DNA of 64,000 nt, taken from Syntrophorhabdaceae bacterium. GTDB lineage: Bacteria > Desulfobacterota > Syntrophorhabdia > Syntrophorhabdales > Syntrophorhabdaceae. Under the pieces are notes generated by a model that saw only the letters and a program-made list of their open reading frames with translations, did no database searches and was not told the origin of the DNA. The stretch covers positions 3,136,001 through 3,200,000 of the forward strand of contig OY762209.1 of the NCBI GenBank assembly GCA_963665295.1, written 5' to 3'. Of this stretch, positions 1 through 10,850 are shown piece by piece. The position numbers and the translations under genes were made by a program. Each line of letters opens with the position of its first letter. Within the stretch, counting starts at the first letter, position 1.

Positions 1-1004
1 TCATGGACCGCGTTCAATTTAAGCTTTACGCCGAAGTGGCGGATCGATTCCTCCGGTTCAATGAAGGTCCTGCCCACATAATGGTTCCTTATGAGGCCCA
101 GTTCAAAGGGTATTCCGGTTTCCTGCGAGTAACCTATGGCTGCGCCTATGCCTGAGTCGGGGATAGGTATGACCATGTCCGCGTCCACATGGGTGTCCCT
201 CGCCAACTCCCGTCCGAGGGCCTTTCTTACCGTGTATACCGTCTTGCCGAACATGAAGCTGTCGGGCCTGGCAAAGTAAATGTACTCGAAGATGCAGTGC
301 TTCCGGTTCACCTTTTTGAAAGGCGTATACGTTTTTACACCGTCCTCCGTGATATGGAGGATTTCACCCGGCTCGATCTCTCTTAAATATTCCGCTTCAA
401 CGAGATCGAAGGCGCATGTTTCGCTGGAGACCACGTAAGAGTCCTTCAGTTTTCCCAGTACGAGAGGTCTGAACCCGTATGGGTCTCTCATGGCGATAAG
501 TTCCCTGTCGGTCAGGACCAGCAGTGAATATGAGCCTTCCACTCTCCTCAGAGCGGCGATCAGCCTGTCCAGGGTCGAATTTTCGTGGGAAAGGGCCACG
601 AGGTGGATAATCACTTCCGTGTCGGTCGATGACTGGAAGATAGAGCCGTAGTTCTCGAGCTCTTCTTTGATAATTTTCGCGTTGGTAAGGTTTCCGTTAT
701 GGGCTACGGCGATGAACCCTTTCGAATACTCGACCATGAGAGGTTGTGCGTTGCCGATATTGCTCGATCCGGCGGTGGAATACCTCACATGGCCGATGGC
801 CGAGTTACCGCGGAGCTGCTTCAGGACCGTTTCGTTGAAGATGTCGGACACAAGCCCCATTTGTCGATGGGAACGCATCGTCCCGCCGCTGTCAATGCTT
901 GCGATCCCGGCGCTCTCCTGGCCCCTGTGCTGGAGCGCATGAAGACCCAGATACACAATGTTCGAGGCATCTTTATAATTGAAGACTCCGAATATACCAC
1001 ACAT
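1..1004 (-). CDS. purF: amidophosphoribosyltransferase (3' end runs off the window)
   Basis: Manual minus-strand translation from ATG at 1004: MCGIFGVFNYKDASNIVYLGLHALQHRGQESAGIA..., with GHVRYST, AHNGNL and CIFEYIYFARPDS motifs. Not in the ORF track because it is truncated. Confidence 0.96.
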   Translation of the reverse strand, partial: MCGIFGVFNYKDASNIVYLGLHALQHRGQESAGIASIDSGGTMRSHRQMGLVSDIFNETVLKQLRGNSAIGHVRYSTAGSSNIGNAQPLMVEYSKGFIAVAHNGNLTNAKIIKEELENYGSIFQSSTDTEVIIHLVALSHENSTLDRLIAALRRVEGSYSLLVLTDRELIAMRDPYGFRPLVLGKLKDSYVVSSETCAFDLVEAEYLREIEPGEILHITEDGVKTYTPFKKVNRKHCIFEYIYFARPDSFMFGKTVYTVRKALGRELARDTHVDADMVIPIPDSGIGAAIGYSQETGIPFELGLIRNHYVGRTFIEPEESIRHFGVKLKLNAVH

Positions 1005-1005
1005 T

Positions 1006-1554
1006 TTAGTTACCTTCTTCTTGTTTTGTCAGTTCCTCTTCGAAAAAGCCGATAATATCGCTGTCCCGGAGGTAAAAGTTTATTTCTTTCAGAGATGTTT
1101 CGTGGACTGCCAGAAAACCCGTTATTTCCCTAACCATGACCTCGGCACACTGTTTCTTGGGAAAACCGAATATGCCCGCACTGATCGCAGGCAAGGAAAT
1201 GCTCCTAAAGCCTTTTTCCGTTGCGAGGGCCAGGGTGTTTACCACGGCATCCTGCAATTTCTTTACTTCATCCCCTTCGCCCCACCTCGGGCCCACAGCG
1301 TGAATCACATATCGCGCTTTCAAGCTCCCCCCTGATGTGAGAGCGCACCCGCCGGCGGGCACGTAACCGATCCGGTCGCTTTCTACCTGGATAATGTGCC
1401 CTCCTTTTCGTACTATGGCTCCCGCAACTCCCCCGCCGTGTTGCAGGTACGAGTTCGCGGCATTCACTATGGCGTCGGCGGTACTCTCCGTCAAGTCACC
1501 CTTGACCAGACGGATAACGATACCTTTTCTGGAAATGCTCTTGATTATGTCCAT
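1006..1554 (-). CDS. macro domain protein (O-acetyl-ADP-ribose deacetylase, YmdB-like)
   Basis: GDLT, DAIVNAAN, GGGVAGAI, HAVGP and PAISAGIFGFP motifs; start placed at MDIIKS rather than the upstream ATG at 1641. Confidence 0.9.
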   Translation of the reverse strand: MDIIKSISRKGIVIRLVKGDLTESTADAIVNAANSYLQHGGGVAGAIVRKGGHIIQVESDRIGYVPAGGCALTSGGSLKARYVIHAVGPRWGEGDEVKKLQDAVVNTLALATEKGFRSISLPAISAGIFGFPKKQCAEVMVREITGFLAVHETSLKEINFYLRDSDIIGFFEEELTKQEEGN

Positions 1555-1924
1555 GAGATCAGGGACCCGCCAGGAGGACTCGCGTGGTTTCACCCTGCGA
1601 CCGGCAGGCCGGCGTTCCGGCCCCGTGGTATCCGTCCGCATGCAACATCGAAAAAGATGGACTCCTGTTTTTGTTGGTTGGCGGGATAATGGTTTTCATT
1701 GTTGTTCAGATCGCGTACCAATATTGTAATATAAATTTCAAAAATGCGAAAGAGAAAGATGCTCGACCTCGCCATAACCGGGGACGTGGGCCTCAAGAAA
1801 CAAATTGTCTTCACCGCGCGCATGGAGTAGAATTCACGTAAGTAAGGGCAAAGAGATTATGTTATGACAGTAATTGACCCTGATATGTGCCGGGGAAGAG
1901 CGCAAAATGCATAGGAGGTATGCA

Positions 1925-3358
1925 ATGGAGGAAGCGAGAAGGGCAAAGATAGTCTGCACCATCGGACCCGCGACAAGCAGTGAGAAGAACCTCGAGGAGT
2001 TGATCAGGAGCGGGATGAATGTGGCCCGACTGAATTTTTCCCATGGCGATCATGCTTCCCATGGAGAGGTGATCATGAAGATCAGAAAGGTGTCGCAGAA
2101 ACTGGGAAGACACGTGGCTATCCTTCAGGACCTTCAGGGCATAAAGATAAGGACAGGGCAGTTGGAGGGCGGAAAGGTGAAGCTCGTTCAGGGGGACGGG
2201 CTTGCCATTATGACCGGAGAAGGGAAGGGCACCAACAAGGTCATCTATATCCGATATCCGTCACTCATCGACGCCGCCAAGGTGAACGATACCATCCTCC
2301 TTGACGATGGGCTTATTCAACTCAGGGTTTCCGGGAAAGAGAAGGACAGACTCATGACCACCATTGTCGAGGGGGGTGTCCTGAAGGAGGGGAAGGGGGT
2401 AAACCTGCCCGGGATGAAGCTTCGGGGGACATCGTTTACGGACAAGGACAAGCTGGATCTTGAATTCGGTCTGAAGATGGGGGTCGATTACGTGGCGCTC
2501 TCCTTTGTGAGGACCGTGAAGGATGTGCGTGCAGCAAAGAGCTGGCTTGCAAAGAAGGGGGTCTCCGTTCCACTTGTTGCGAAAATAGAAAAAGCAGAGG
2601 CCATTGAGGACATAGACAGGATACTGGACGAAGTCGAGGGGATCATGGTGGCACGGGGAGACCTTGGGGTTGAGATTCCCCTGGAGCAGGTGCCCATGTA
2701 CCAGAAGATGCTCATTGAAAAAGCAGGCAGGAGGAGGCGTCTGGTCATTACGGCGACTCAGATGCTTGAATCCATGACAGTGCACGAGAGGCCCACGAGG
2801 GCGGAGGCGACGGATGTGGCGAACGCAGTCATTGACGGGACCGATGCACTCATGCTCTCGGAAGAGACCGCATCAGGAAAGTACCCGGTGCAGGCCGTGC
2901 GGATAATGGACAGAATTATCCGTTACACCGAAGCGTCGATCCGTATTCCCTCCCGTTCCCATCAGCCAAGGGATTGGCATGAGGGGACCCTCGAGTTTCC
3001 CGAAGCGGTTGCCCATGCGGCGTCCCATGCGGCTCTGGAAACGGGAGCACGCTATATTGTCGCTTTTACGGGGTCAGGGTTCACGGCGCGGCTCATATCG
3101 AAATACAGACCCCTGACACCGATATTGGCCTTCTCTCCCGACGAGAAGGTAGTACAAAGGATGTCCCTCTATTGGAGCGTTCTCGCTCAAAGCACCGAAA
3201 GGTTGGCAGATACCGATCACCTCGTTAAAAAGATCGACCGTATGCTGATTGACCCCGGATACGTGAACGCCGGCGACACAGTGGTCGTTGTGGCGAGCGT
3301 ACCTCTTCTTGAGGGCGGTGAAACGAACTTTATGAAAATCCATGTAGTGCAAGGGTAG
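1925..3358 (+). CDS. pyk: pyruvate kinase
   Basis: KIVCTIGPA, RLNFSHG, IMVARGDLGVE and ATQMLESM motifs; GGAGG RBS upstream of ATG 1925. Confidence 0.97.
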   Translation: MEEARRAKIVCTIGPATSSEKNLEELIRSGMNVARLNFSHGDHASHGEVIMKIRKVSQKLGRHVAILQDLQGIKIRTGQLEGGKVKLVQGDGLAIMTGEGKGTNKVIYIRYPSLIDAAKVNDTILLDDGLIQLRVSGKEKDRLMTTIVEGGVLKEGKGVNLPGMKLRGTSFTDKDKLDLEFGLKMGVDYVALSFVRTVKDVRAAKSWLAKKGVSVPLVAKIEKAEAIEDIDRILDEVEGIMVARGDLGVEIPLEQVPMYQKMLIEKAGRRRRLVITATQMLESMTVHERPTRAEATDVANAVIDGTDALMLSEETASGKYPVQAVRIMDRIIRYTEASIRIPSRSHQPRDWHEGTLEFPEAVAHAASHAALETGARYIVAFTGSGFTARLISKYRPLTPILAFSPDEKVVQRMSLYWSVLAQSTERLADTDHLVKKIDRMLIDPGYVNAGDTVVVVASVPLLEGGETNFMKIHVVQG

Positions 3359-3678
3359 TGGGCGAAGGGATCAAAAGGGGTGTGTCGATGTTCGGATTTT
3401 CACGAAATAGATGCACCCCGTACCTGAAGGGGGGGTGGCAGGGGTGCAGCCTATTTCAGTGAGCGACCTCCCTCCCTTCTGAATACCAAATGCTGTGTCG
3501 GAGAGATTAGCCACAAAACCTTACTAAACGCTGAACGGTCAACTCCGTGCCGCGTATATATTCTTTTCACTCACGGATGTTCGTGACATTCTGCCGTGCA
3601 ACCGTCACTTATTCCGTACTCATGTTAATATATAACAAATCGGAGAAAAAGATGAAATAGGTTGATTTCTGACTTAAG

Positions 3679-3696
3679 TGTAAGTATTTTCCTACA
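3679..3696. promoter_or_regulatory. GacA/UvrY-box-like palindrome TGTAAG-TATTTT-CCTACA
   Basis: One mismatch from TGTAAG-N6-CTTACA; lies about 15 nt past the stop codon of a UvrY-like regulator. Confidence 0.5.
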
Positions 3697-3710
3697 AATA
3701 TTAAGGGCAC

Positions 3711-4340
3711 TCATTCGACGAGGAGATTCTTGATTGCATAATGGGTAATTTCCGCGTTGCTCTTGAAGTTCATCTTTTCCAGAATGCGGGAACGGTATGT
3801 GCTGATCGTCTTCACACTGAGCGCCATTTCCGTGGCTATATCGCTTAATCGCATGCCTCCGGCAATCATTAACATCACCTGATATTCGCGATTGGACAGA
3901 CGGAGGTGGGACGCCTTGCCGTCTGATTCGAGTTCGAAGGCCAGTCGCTCGGCAAGACTTGCGCTCACGTATTTTCCCCTGTTGAGTATCGTCCGGATGG
4001 CTTTCACCAGTTCCTCCGGGGCGCTCTCCTTGGTCAGGTATCCTGCGGCCCCTGTCCTCAGTGCCCGGACCGCGTACTGGTCCTCGGGGTGGATGCTGAG
4101 GACCAGTACCGGGAGCTTCGGATACTTCTGCTTCAAGTCCTTCAACACGTCGAGCCCGCTCTTCCCGGGCATTGTAATATCGAGAATCAGTATATCCCAT
4201 ACTCCCCTTTGCACGAGATCCAGCACCTCGTTGGCATCTCTCGCTTCGCCGGGAACGGCCATGTCCGGTTCGTCGGAAAGGATCTGCTTCAAGCCCCGAC
4301 GCACGATGGGGTGGTCATCGGCAATGAGAATTCTTATCAT
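3711..4340 (-). CDS. NarL/UvrY-family response regulator (REC + LuxR HTH)
   Basis: MIRILIADDH, ILDITMPG phospho-Asp, LSNREYQV...LSVKTISTYRSRILEKM; no kinase nearby. Confidence 0.95.
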   Translation of the reverse strand: MIRILIADDHPIVRRGLKQILSDEPDMAVPGEARDANEVLDLVQRGVWDILILDITMPGKSGLDVLKDLKQKYPKLPVLVLSIHPEDQYAVRALRTGAAGYLTKESAPEELVKAIRTILNRGKYVSASLAERLAFELESDGKASHLRLSNREYQVMLMIAGGMRLSDIATEMALSVKTISTYRSRILEKMNFKSNAEITHYAIKNLLVE

Positions 4341-4361
4341 GAAACGCGCCTCCCTTGACTC

Positions 4362-5750
4362 CTATTCACCGAAATATGTGTCCTCTTCGACAGAGGGGAC
4401 CTTTCCATTCAATCTGGAAACAAACTGTTCTTTGTCCGTGGCGAAAAGAGGACTGATCTCCACCAGTATACCGGGCGGCACCTCGATACCCGCTTCTTCC
4501 AGCCAACGCCCGAAAAGGTTGCTCATGGCGAGACGGGCAGTGTAAGGCGAGTCGACCCCGTCGCCATTTTTCACGGGAGAGAATTCCTCCTCCCTTACCA
4601 CTTCCATGCAGCAGGTCTTTGTTGCGAGAGGGATGGCATCGAACACGAAGGTTTCGAACTTCCATCCTTCCATCTTCGTGACCGATCCTCCGGACCCCAG
4701 AGCCTCGACAGGTCTCGCGGCACGGTGGTATGGAAGGGCAAAACCATGAAGGTTCAGTCGTTCTATGAAGGAGAGATCGAGTATATGTATGGCCGTGTTT
4801 CCTCCCCAGTACAGGATTTTTCCGTCTGCGTCGACGGCCTGCATGTGCCGGCCGTCAAGGTCGCTGTACTCCAGGATCGCTTCTTTCCCGTCCACCGTCA
4901 CATAAACCCCCACTTTTTCTTCCACGTTCTTCCGTCTTACTACCTTCGTGCTCATTTCGGAACCTGCCATCCTGTGATAACCCAGGAATACGGGGTCAAC
5001 CATTTTCACGAGGGGGTTGTCCACCTGACAGTAGAAAAGCTGCGTAATGCCCCTTGCCGTCAGTTGTTTGAGAAGGCCCGAGTCGTGGATCCCCTTGAGG
5101 GACCCGCCGTGGCCATCGGGGTTCGTAAAAAAATGGGTCGTGTCCTTCAGTATGAGTTTGCCCTCGGGCGAGATGCTCGGCAGCATTCCCTGCTGGAAGA
5201 AAAAGACGTCGTGACGGTCGAGGCCGAAATACCGGCATGACTCGAAGTAAGCCCTCGTCTCCCGGTCATTCTGCTCCGAAGTCATCACCACAAGGGGGAT
5301 GCGCGCGCCATACCGGAGAGACATGGCTTTCAGGGATTCACAAAAAAGGCAGAACAATGTCTTGTTCCGTATCGGAGAAATGGGGAACGCGCCTTTCGGT
5401 CCGTCGAAACCGAGGCGGGATCCCTGACCTCCCGCGACGATCAAAACCGCAACCTTGTTCTCTCGAAGCAACGTTTCTCCGGTGCGACAAGCCTCCAGCC
5501 GGTCCTTCTCTCCTGCGGGGTCCTTCGGGATAGTGATGATGGGGGCAGGACCAATGGCTCCCACGGCGACAGGCGCTTTCTTTGCGCCTACGGCATCGCG
5601 GTAAAGAGAAAAGGTGAGGTCGAAATCCAAACCCTCCGACCCTTGGAGGAAACCCCGCCTCCCCTCGGGGGGGAGGGCGTGGTAGTGGTCCAGGATATGG
5701 TCCTGGTTGTATTTCCGGAGAAGGCTAAAAAGCTTTGCTTCTGTCATCAT
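4362..5750 (-). CDS. UDPGP-family (eukaryote-type) UDP-N-acetylglucosamine pyrophosphorylase
   Basis: AGGQGSRLGFDGPKG, PDGHGG, QVDNPL, EKVG, EYSD, KFETFVFD and EFSPVKN motifs. Confidence 0.88.
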   Translation of the reverse strand: MMTEAKLFSLLRKYNQDHILDHYHALPPEGRRGFLQGSEGLDFDLTFSLYRDAVGAKKAPVAVGAIGPAPIITIPKDPAGEKDRLEACRTGETLLRENKVAVLIVAGGQGSRLGFDGPKGAFPISPIRNKTLFCLFCESLKAMSLRYGARIPLVVMTSEQNDRETRAYFESCRYFGLDRHDVFFFQQGMLPSISPEGKLILKDTTHFFTNPDGHGGSLKGIHDSGLLKQLTARGITQLFYCQVDNPLVKMVDPVFLGYHRMAGSEMSTKVVRRKNVEEKVGVYVTVDGKEAILEYSDLDGRHMQAVDADGKILYWGGNTAIHILDLSFIERLNLHGFALPYHRAARPVEALGSGGSVTKMEGWKFETFVFDAIPLATKTCCMEVVREEEFSPVKNGDGVDSPYTARLAMSNLFGRWLEEAGIEVPPGILVEISPLFATDKEQFVSRLNGKVPSVEEDTYFGE

Positions 5751-5985
5751 TCTGGACACCGGTCCTCAATGGAAGTGAGCCGGGAAGGCCACACCTTCAC
5801 GGTCTGAAGTATTTTTACCATGTTTGGGACAAATTTAAAAGGATACTGAAGAGTTCATTTAATGGCCGCCGCGGGACCGGCCCTATTCGACCCGGCATTA
5901 TTCGGCTTATTCCGCTTTTAGTCTTCCCTTTATGGCCGTTTTCCTATACAATTATATGATTGTACAGGCTTGAAAGGGGTGGAAA

Positions 5986-6522
5986 ATGCGTCGATTTATG
6001 TGCTTGTTTGTGGCTTTGTGGGGCATTGTTATTCCCATGTGGAGCGTATGTGATGCCTTTGGTGATCTGGGGGTGGATGTGGAGAGAGTTCCGAGCCAGG
6101 GGGATCAGGTGGATCAATGCAAGTATTGCGGGAAGATGATCACTCCGGGAAAGATCCACGGCGACGCCGAAGCCATCATGAAGAACCAACTCGAATCCGC
6201 CTTGACCGGGCGGGACATGGGGTACGTTGAAGGAAAGACCAAAACGCAGTATATTAATGTGCTTATCTACAAATACCAGGAGAGGCAGGGCGGAAACTAC
6301 GCAGTCGACAGACCGGCAGGTATCGGGTTTCACATGCATCTGATGAACAGAGGTGTGTTGAAGCGGGTTTTCGTATACGAGGAAGACCAGCAGGCATTGA
6401 TGGAAAACCTGTTCAGCATAGGTAAGTTTATGAGCCGGGGAGGCAAGTGGGTAACAGTGGAAAGATTGTCCAGTGATGGGATAGAAAAGGGGCTCGACAT
6501 GCTTCTTGAGGCAGTGGAATGA
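5986..6522 (+). CDS. exported hypothetical protein with CxxC
   Basis: Hydrophobic N-terminus, CKYC motif, stop overlaps the hisA start. Confidence 0.75.
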   Translation: MRRFMCLFVALWGIVIPMWSVCDAFGDLGVDVERVPSQGDQVDQCKYCGKMITPGKIHGDAEAIMKNQLESALTGRDMGYVEGKTKTQYINVLIYKYQERQGGNYAVDRPAGIGFHMHLMNRGVLKRVFVYEEDQQALMENLFSIGKFMSRGGKWVTVERLSSDGIEKGLDMLLEAVE

Positions 6523-7223
6523 TCGCGCTTTTTGCCATGGATCTCATGGGTGGCAAGACTGTCCGCCTGATGAAAGGGGACTTTTCGAAGGTGACAGTAT
6601 ATAGTGAAGATCCCGTTTCCAAGATAGAAGAGATGATGGAAAGAGGGGCGAGAGACTTTCATATAATAGACCTGGACGGCGCCCGGACAGGTGATCCTCA
6701 CCATCGGGATATCATAAAAATGATAGGAATGAAGGTCCGGGGATATCTCGAAGTGGGCGGGGGCATACGCAGAAACGAAGATATAGAGTATTACACGCAG
6801 TGCGGGGCGAAGGGGGTCATAGTGGGCACCAGGGCCCTCGAGGATGAGCGGTTTTTTGAAGGATTGTCCGGGTTCGGGAATATTGTTCTCGGTCTTGACC
6901 TTCTCAACGGCAAGCCCATGGTAAGAGGGTGGAAGACTGCTCTCGACAGAGATATAAAGGAAATCCTCGAAGCGTCCGAGCGCATAGGCATTATGGCCAT
7001 ACTCTGTACGAGTGTCGCCAGGGATGGTATGCTCTCGGGGCCCGATTTCGAGGGATTGAAGGAAATGATGAAAATGACCCGCATACCGGTGATTGCAAGC
7101 GGCGGGGTTACCGGTATCGATGATGTAAAGCGATTGAAGGATATGGGTGCCTGGGCCACCATTCTCGGCAAGGCCGTCTATGAAGGCCTTATCAGCATAG
7201 AGGAGGCGGTGGCCGTATGCTGA
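6519..7223 (+). CDS. hisA: ProFAR isomerase
   Basis: [39 protein letters not shown]; directly before hisF. Confidence 0.93.
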   Translation: MIALFAMDLMGGKTVRLMKGDFSKVTVYSEDPVSKIEEMMERGARDFHIIDLDGARTGDPHHRDIIKMIGMKVRGYLEVGGGIRRNEDIEYYTQCGAKGVIVGTRALEDERFFEGLSGFGNIVLGLDLLNGKPMVRGWKTALDRDIKEILEASERIGIMAILCTSVARDGMLSGPDFEGLKEMMKMTRIPVIASGGVTGIDDVKRLKDMGAWATILGKAVYEGLISIEEAVAVC

Positions 7224-7972
7224 CGAAGAGAATAATACCATGCCTCGACGTGATGGAAGGCAGAGTGGTGAAAGGCATCAATTTCCTTGAGCTGAGGGAT
7301 GCGGGAGACCCGGTGACCAATGCCAAGACGTACGAGGAGCAGATGGCCGATGAACTCTGTTTCCTCGATATTACCGCCTCCCACGAAAGGAGAAAGACGA
7401 TCGTTAAAGTCGTCGAGAAGGTGGCCCATGAGGTTTTCATGCCCCTCACGGTAGGGGGCGGCATCAAATCCCTTGAGGATATAAGGGAGATATTGCTTGC
7501 AGGAGCCGATAAGGTAACGGTGAATACCACGGCCATCGAATCACCCGATTTTGTGCGGGAGGCGAGCGAAGTTTTCGGAAGCCAGTGCATATGCGTGGCG
7601 ATCGATGCAAAAAGGAACGGAAAGAGCTTTGAGGTCTATACCTACGGCGGAAGAAGACCCACAGGTGTCGATGCGGTGGAGTGGGCGAAAAGAGTGGAGA
7701 AACTTGGTGCGGGAGAGATCCTTCTTACCAGCATGGATAGGGACGGCACAAAAAGGGGATTCAATATAAAGCTTACCAGGACAATCTCCGAGGCGGTCAA
7801 CATACCGGTCATCGCATCGGGGGGTGTGGGCACCCTGGAGCATCTCTATGAGGGACTTGTGGAGGGCAAAGCCGATGCGGTCCTCGCGGCGTCCATATTC
7901 CATTACAGGGAGTTCACCGTCATGGATGCGAAAAAATATCTGAAAGACAGAGGGGTAAACGTAAGACTTTAG
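7217..7972 (+). CDS. hisF: imidazole glycerol phosphate synthase cyclase subunit
   Basis: [38 protein letters not shown]. Confidence 0.97.
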   Translation: MLTKRIIPCLDVMEGRVVKGINFLELRDAGDPVTNAKTYEEQMADELCFLDITASHERRKTIVKVVEKVAHEVFMPLTVGGGIKSLEDIREILLAGADKVTVNTTAIESPDFVREASEVFGSQCICVAIDAKRNGKSFEVYTYGGRRPTGVDAVEWAKRVEKLGAGEILLTSMDRDGTKRGFNIKLTRTISEAVNIPVIASGGVGTLEHLYEGLVEGKADAVLAASIFHYREFTVMDAKKYLKDRGVNVRL

Positions 7973-8003
7973 TCGAAACGTGACCCGGGATAGGTGAGAG
8001 ATA

Positions 8004-8378
8004 ATGGAAGAGATTAAATGGGATGAAAGGGGGCTGGTTCCCGCGGTAGTCCAGGATGTTCACACAAAAGATGTGCTCATGGTCGCCTACATGAACAAAG
8101 AGGCCTTCGATCTGACATTAAAGACCGGAAAGGCTCACTTCTATTCAAGGTCCAGGAAACAGCTCTGGCTCAAGGGAGAGAGTTCAGGCCACACACAGGA
8201 AGTGAAATCAGTGTACGTGGACTGTGACAACGATACGATTCTCCTTGTGGTCGACCAGAAAGTGGCGGCTTGCCATACGGGATTCTGGAGTTGCTTCTAC
8301 AGGGTCTGGGATGAGGGGTGGAAAATAGTCGGCAAAAAGGTATTCGATGACAAGAAGGTTTATGGAGATAAGACATAA
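8004..8378 (+). CDS. hisI: phosphoribosyl-AMP cyclohydrolase
   Basis: YSRSRKQLWLKGESSG, DCDNDT, ACHTG..SCF. Confidence 0.96.
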   Translation: MEEIKWDERGLVPAVVQDVHTKDVLMVAYMNKEAFDLTLKTGKAHFYSRSRKQLWLKGESSGHTQEVKSVYVDCDNDTILLVVDQKVAACHTGFWSCFYRVWDEGWKIVGKKVFDDKKVYGDKT

Positions 8379-8814
8379 AGCGCTTTTGTTTCTTGTAAGT
8401 TGTGGATTTATAGGGTATTTCCCTTTTGCACCCGGCACGGCCGCTTCACTCTTCGGGGGAGCGCTTATATATCTTTTCCCTTTTTCTTCCCTCGTGAGCA
8501 ACCTTGCTTTTGTGATTGCCCTGATCCTGGTCTCCGTTGTCTGCGTCAATTGGTTCAATTCGGAGAGCGATGACCCCGGTTATATAGTGATCGATGAACT
8601 GGCAGGCATGTATGTGACCATGGCAGGCCATAGACCCACGGTTTTAAATGTGGTGGCGGGATTCGTTCTCTTCAGGATCTTTGACGTGATGAAGCCCTTT
8701 CCCGTAAACAGGGCTGAAAGACTGAAGGCGGGATACGGTGTTGTGGCGGATGATGTGGCGGCAGGGATCTTTGCGAATATCGGCCTTATAGTCCTGGAGA
8801 AGATAGCGTGGTGA
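8362..8814 (+). CDS. pgpA: phosphatidylglycerophosphatase A
   Basis: APGTAAS, DPGYIVIDE, FRIFDVMKPFP and GVVADD motifs. Confidence 0.93.
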   Translation: MEIRHKALLFLVSCGFIGYFPFAPGTAASLFGGALIYLFPFSSLVSNLAFVIALILVSVVCVNWFNSESDDPGYIVIDELAGMYVTMAGHRPTVLNVVAGFVLFRIFDVMKPFPVNRAERLKAGYGVVADDVAAGIFANIGLIVLEKIAW

Positions 8815-9287
8815 CGGAAGCAAAAGTGGGCGGACTTTTGAGGAAAAAAGGCTTGAAACTGGCGGTGGCTGAGTCATGCACGGGCGGTCTCATTGCAAAG
8901 AGGATCACCGACGTGGCCGGGGCCTCGGACTATTTTGATCTGGGTATGGTAAGCTATAGCAATAAGGTCAAGGAGCGGTTTCTCGGAGTCCCTGAAAACG
9001 TACTCTGCGAAAAAGGCGCGGTGAGCCCTGAGGTCGCCCTTGCTATGGCAACGGGCGTGAGAAAGGCGGCACTGTCGGATATAGGACTGTCCGTCACGGG
9101 GATTGCCGGACCTGGAGGAGGCACGGCGGAGAAGCCCGTGGGCACAGTCTATATCGGTCTGTCCTGGAGTGACAGGGTCCTTGTCAGGAAGCACCTGTTT
9201 CATGGCGACAGATCGGCCATAAGAGAAGAGACGTCGGAGGAGGCATTGAAGCTGGTCCTGAACTGCCTTGAAGGGAAACTTGAATGA
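8808..9287 (+). CDS. pncC: CinA C-terminal domain / nicotinamide-nucleotide amidohydrolase
   Basis: AESCTGG, SYSN..K, GAVS, TGIAGPGGG, KPVGTV. Confidence 0.9.
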   Translation: MVTEAKVGGLLRKKGLKLAVAESCTGGLIAKRITDVAGASDYFDLGMVSYSNKVKERFLGVPENVLCEKGAVSPEVALAMATGVRKAALSDIGLSVTGIAGPGGGTAEKPVGTVYIGLSWSDRVLVRKHLFHGDRSAIREETSEEALKLVLNCLEGKLE

Positions 9288-9818
9288 GAGCGTTTCTCGC
9301 CATTGAAGTCCCTCCGGTGGTAAAGGATTACCTCCAGTCCGTCATCTCAGGTATGGCGTCCCGGGTGAAAGACATACGGTGGGTGAAAAAGGGTGGGCTT
9401 CACATTACCCTGAGATTCCTGGGAGACATCGAGAAAGACAAGGCGGAGCAGATCCGGGAGGCGGTTTCTGTAATTCGAACGGCCTATAGCCCCTTCCCGG
9501 CATCCATAGAAGGGATCGACGCTTTTCCCAGCAGAAGGAGGGCGCGGGTCGTGGTGGTTACCATGAAGGAGGGGGTTTCGGGCATAAAGAACATTTTCAG
9601 TGACGTGGAAAGGGGTCTTTCGACGTTGAACATAGAGCCGGAGGAGAGGGAATATACACCCCACATCACCCTCGGGAGGGCAAAGATGCCCGCTCCCCTG
9701 CTTGAAAAGGATATTATGCCTCTAGAGGAAAAGAGGTTTACTGTGGATGGGGTAGTGCTGTTTCAAAGTACCCTTACAAAAGAAGGAGCGGTCTATACCC
9801 CGGTATGGGATATAAAAC

Positions 9819-9829
<11 letters not shown>
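9284..9829 (+). CDS. thpR: RNA 2',3'-cyclic phosphodiesterase (2H family)
   Basis: MRAFLAI and two HITL motifs; typical cinA-thpR-recA context. Confidence 0.92.
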
Positions 9830-10846
<1,017 letters not shown>

Positions 10847-10850
<4 letters not shown>

